A DNA stretch of 64,000 nt, from the NCBI GenBank assembly GCA_036630325.1, contig CP142733.1, positions 372,001 to 436,000 of the forward strand, given 5' to 3'. Both the position numbers and the translations under genes were made by a program. This document shows positions 62,401 to 64,000 of this stretch, piece after piece (position 1 is the first letter of the stretch; every line of letters starts with the position of its first letter). Under the pieces are notes generated by a model that was given only the letters and a program-made list of their open reading frames with translations, was not told where the DNA came from and did no database searches. Source of the stretch: Vairimorpha necatrix. Its lineage: Eukaryota.

Positions 62401-63679
62401 TTATCAGGAATGACAAAATCAAATCTTTCCTAAAAAGCATACATGACATATCAGGTCACCGAGGAGTTTCTACACTCTACAACAACATTAAAAAATACAT
62501 TTACGTAAAAAACGCCCTACAAAGGATATCTTGGGTAGTAAAAAGTTGTTCTGTATGCAGAAAATTCAAGATAATTAACAATAGTCATCAAAATACGGTG
62601 AAGATGGATTCATCTAGATTATACGAGCGCATATCATCAGATATCTTCGGACCATTCAAGTATCATACTCCTTCCCCGAACTCTGAGGAGAAGATAGGAT
62701 ATATACTTACGATATCAGATATATATTCTAGAGAAGTGATGTTAATATTCTTTAAGACGATTAAAACTCAAGAATTAATCGATTCTATAGAAGCATGGAT
62801 TAAGACAAGAGACAGGCCTAAGCATTTAATATCGGATAACGGACGACAATACATCTCCGCAGGTTTCAAAGAGTATCTAGCTACTACAGGAATAAATCAC
62901 ATTCTAATACCGACATACACACCCAAATCAAATGGGATATCCGAACGCCTAAACCAAACTATTGCCTTCACGCTTTCCATAAACAAATTCCGAGACATCT
63001 ACGAGACTGTTAAAGAAGCAGAAAATATATTAAATATCAACTTTAATCGAGGGATTAAAGCCTCGCCTTATCTTATAGCATATGGCAGGGACTTCTACGA
63101 TTTAGACACCAAACAGCAAACAATAACAAAAAAACCAAACGCTGTAGCGTATACTTCTAAGTTCAACGTGGGAGACATTGTCTACAAAAGAAATTTAAAA
63201 GCAGGAAAACTCGATCGGAAATATGGAACAAGACAAATAGTTGAAGAAGTGGGAAGCAAAGGTAAATGGGTTCGCTTAAAAGATGACGAATCATGGACGC
63301 ATGTCCGAAACTTGAAATTTTAGTTGGAGTTGGCAGTATGTGGTATAATATCTCATACCACATGTTTATGGTGACCAATAGACGATGAAACGCTAATGTG
63401 CTTTGATACACGTCAAGCATCTCTAATTGTTAGTGGACAGTTCTGAAACACTAATTTCTAATTGGTTACACACAAATATAAATAACGAAATTCATCACTT
63501 AAAAAGAATGAGGATGCCTAAGAACAACAACAGCCGCACTCCAGCTCAGGCCCATGACGGCAATAACAATAAACACTATTCAAATACATTTACACCTACC
63601 TTGGGAATTCATGGTACACATAACCGTAGCATTATTGAATGCTTTCTTGCCACTGGCACAATTCCAGGTAAATACGCCA
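59402..63679 (+). mobile_element. Intact, recent Ty3/Gypsy LTR retrotransposon (family C)
   Basis: 341-bp LTRs at 59402-59742 and 63339-63679, identical by eye. Perfect TSD GTTAG. Single open gag-pol frame. Inserted in a Merlin TIR. Confidence 0.98.
59571..63323 (+). CDS. Gag-Pol polyprotein (Gag, CHHC knuckle, protease, RT, RNase H, integrase)
   Basis: First ATG at 59571 (or 59577) lies inside the 5' LTR. CKYHHSKFHNTKDC, VDTGA, YIDD, QTDAS, HHCC, SDNG and NGISER motifs. Confidence 0.95.
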   Translation: MRMPKNNNSRTPAQAHDGNNNKHYSNTFTPTLGIHGTHNRSIIECFLATGTIPGKYANLSSNGNKGTKSFTSGDKHHYAEFKRTVEGTDVPIQDYILKIFNIKSDLTTAGLKEFETLSEYNKWNDTQSGQIYHSLIYDSTYKDKLTRNSYKALRKELLDILYPKTQHRILSQKIDNIRQTDHFSINEYMETISKGLEGYIHVNDLSRKEVERKQEEIFFKGLGRYTTIKITDQRLKTAPFQEIIQFLIELEESILSQSAETKQGLITQTTGANKTKYAFTNKKWCKYHHSKFHNTKDCSLHKTSQSEDVKSMIITELKVDNHEGIKIQGELNGTNLQLFVDTGASCNYIHEKLLKSLKLNTIETKPLTMIFGCGTKETTSRAVETKIRIKDKDYDITFYVLQRIPEDIILGYEFLYANEAVVNLRKKIITLGNGHTIPFIGAEVTSEEILDEILAESTCLPILMEDKKLLKIFKQYFKFNDQFSHIKNFSISFQLKSDIPSSKTRHYSVPGKFLPAAKEEIKRLVENDIIEPCTSNISSPAFFIKKKNGELRLVVDYRTVNTYVEDDLYVIPLIDESFRLMQGCKIFSQIDLRNGFNQLLLDKNSRNITSFTLLGRQWRYKRVPFGIKPGPKIFQRHISEILSHIDNCFVYIDDIILYSKSREEHVILLNRVLETLYQYTVKINFDKSKFCTTELVILGARINKNGISPVIDNLAAKILQIDLKSKRSVQQLIGTLNWYRKFVPRISTRISELTELLKKGEKHYKLPEATKTEINAIIEELKVVKLGFPDYRKKFTLQTDASEKGIGSVLLQEDIIIGYYSKKLAGSELNYTIVEKEYLAILLSAIHFESIIQGCYVEIHTDSNNCSFENKSLTTRINRWKLIMNKFNHKIFHIKGKDNTVADTLSRCLLLQIMPLKIQYDNVVKTSCTSNNGVLLRNDRGQLVIRNDKIKSFLKSIHDISGHRGVSTLYNNIKKYIYVKNALQRISWVVKSCSVCRKFKIINNSHQNTVKMDSSRLYERISSDIFGPFKYHTPSPNSEEKIGYILTISDIYSREVMLIFFKTIKTQELIDSIEAWIKTRDRPKHLISDNGRQYISAGFKEYLATTGINHILIPTYTPKSNGISERLNQTIAFTLSINKFRDIYETVKEAENILNINFNRGIKASPYLIAYGRDFYDLDTKQQTITKKPNAVAYTSKFNVGDIVYKRNLKAGKLDRKYGTRQIVEEVGSKGKWVRLKDDESWTHVRNLKF

Positions 63680-63684
63680 GTTAG

Positions 63685-64000
63685 CTTTAGGACGCAAATT
63701 TCGATATAGGGTTTTTTTGTTTTTTTTGCCCTTTTTTTTAAAAAATGGAAGAAAGAAAATGTGGAGGAAGGAACAAAAATTAAAATTAGAACAATAAATT
63801 TAATAATGCATCGAAAACAGAATTAGAGGAATTTCTCTGGAGCATATACCTAAGTAAATAAAGTTTGGCGCTGTTTTTTGACCTATTTCTGTTAAGTATG
63901 GAATTTTTGAGTGAACGCCAATTACCTTCAATGGTATCGGTGTGTACTCCAATATTTTGATCTCGAAAGTTTAATGAGTGGTTTACCATATAATGTTTTT
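63685..64000 (-). mobile_element. Merlin element related to 14464-17002; its TIR starts at 59390 and is split by the family C element; runs off the window
   Basis: GGCTAAAGTTAG + CTTTAGGACGCAAATTTCGATATAGGG rebuilds the TIR. VNHSLNF..GVHTDTIEGNW motif. Confidence 0.88.

Overview
Very AT-rich eukaryotic DNA, inferred to come from a large-genome microsporidian (intronless divergent enolase, CCC motifs just upstream of start codons, and the mix of transposon families). There is one clear host gene, enolase (26348-27589, minus), in a gene-poor middle island. The rest is deeply nested transposable elements: Ty3/Gypsy LTR retrotransposons (one intact with apparently identical 341-bp LTRs at 59402-63679), many solo LTRs, Merlin (IS1595-like) DNA transposons, a pogo/Tigger element, two Ginger-like (KRBA2/SCAND3-type integrase) TIR elements, and 5'-truncated RLE-type LINEs. 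Three observations stand out. (1) A clan of LTR retrotransposons lacks a tRNA primer-binding site. In its place is a perfect palindrome at an identical offset from the LTR end, conserved by compensatory substitutions between two diverged families. Gag starts inside the LTR and the LTR opens with a hairpin, which suggests tRNA-independent priming or dimerisation. (2) Both diverged Ginger-like elements carry tRNA-spaced Pol III A/B boxes divergently upstream of the integrase. (3) A 4.85-kb inversion (50769-55622) lies between two Merlin ends and is shown by three split target-site duplications. All alignments were made by eye and no database searches were run.
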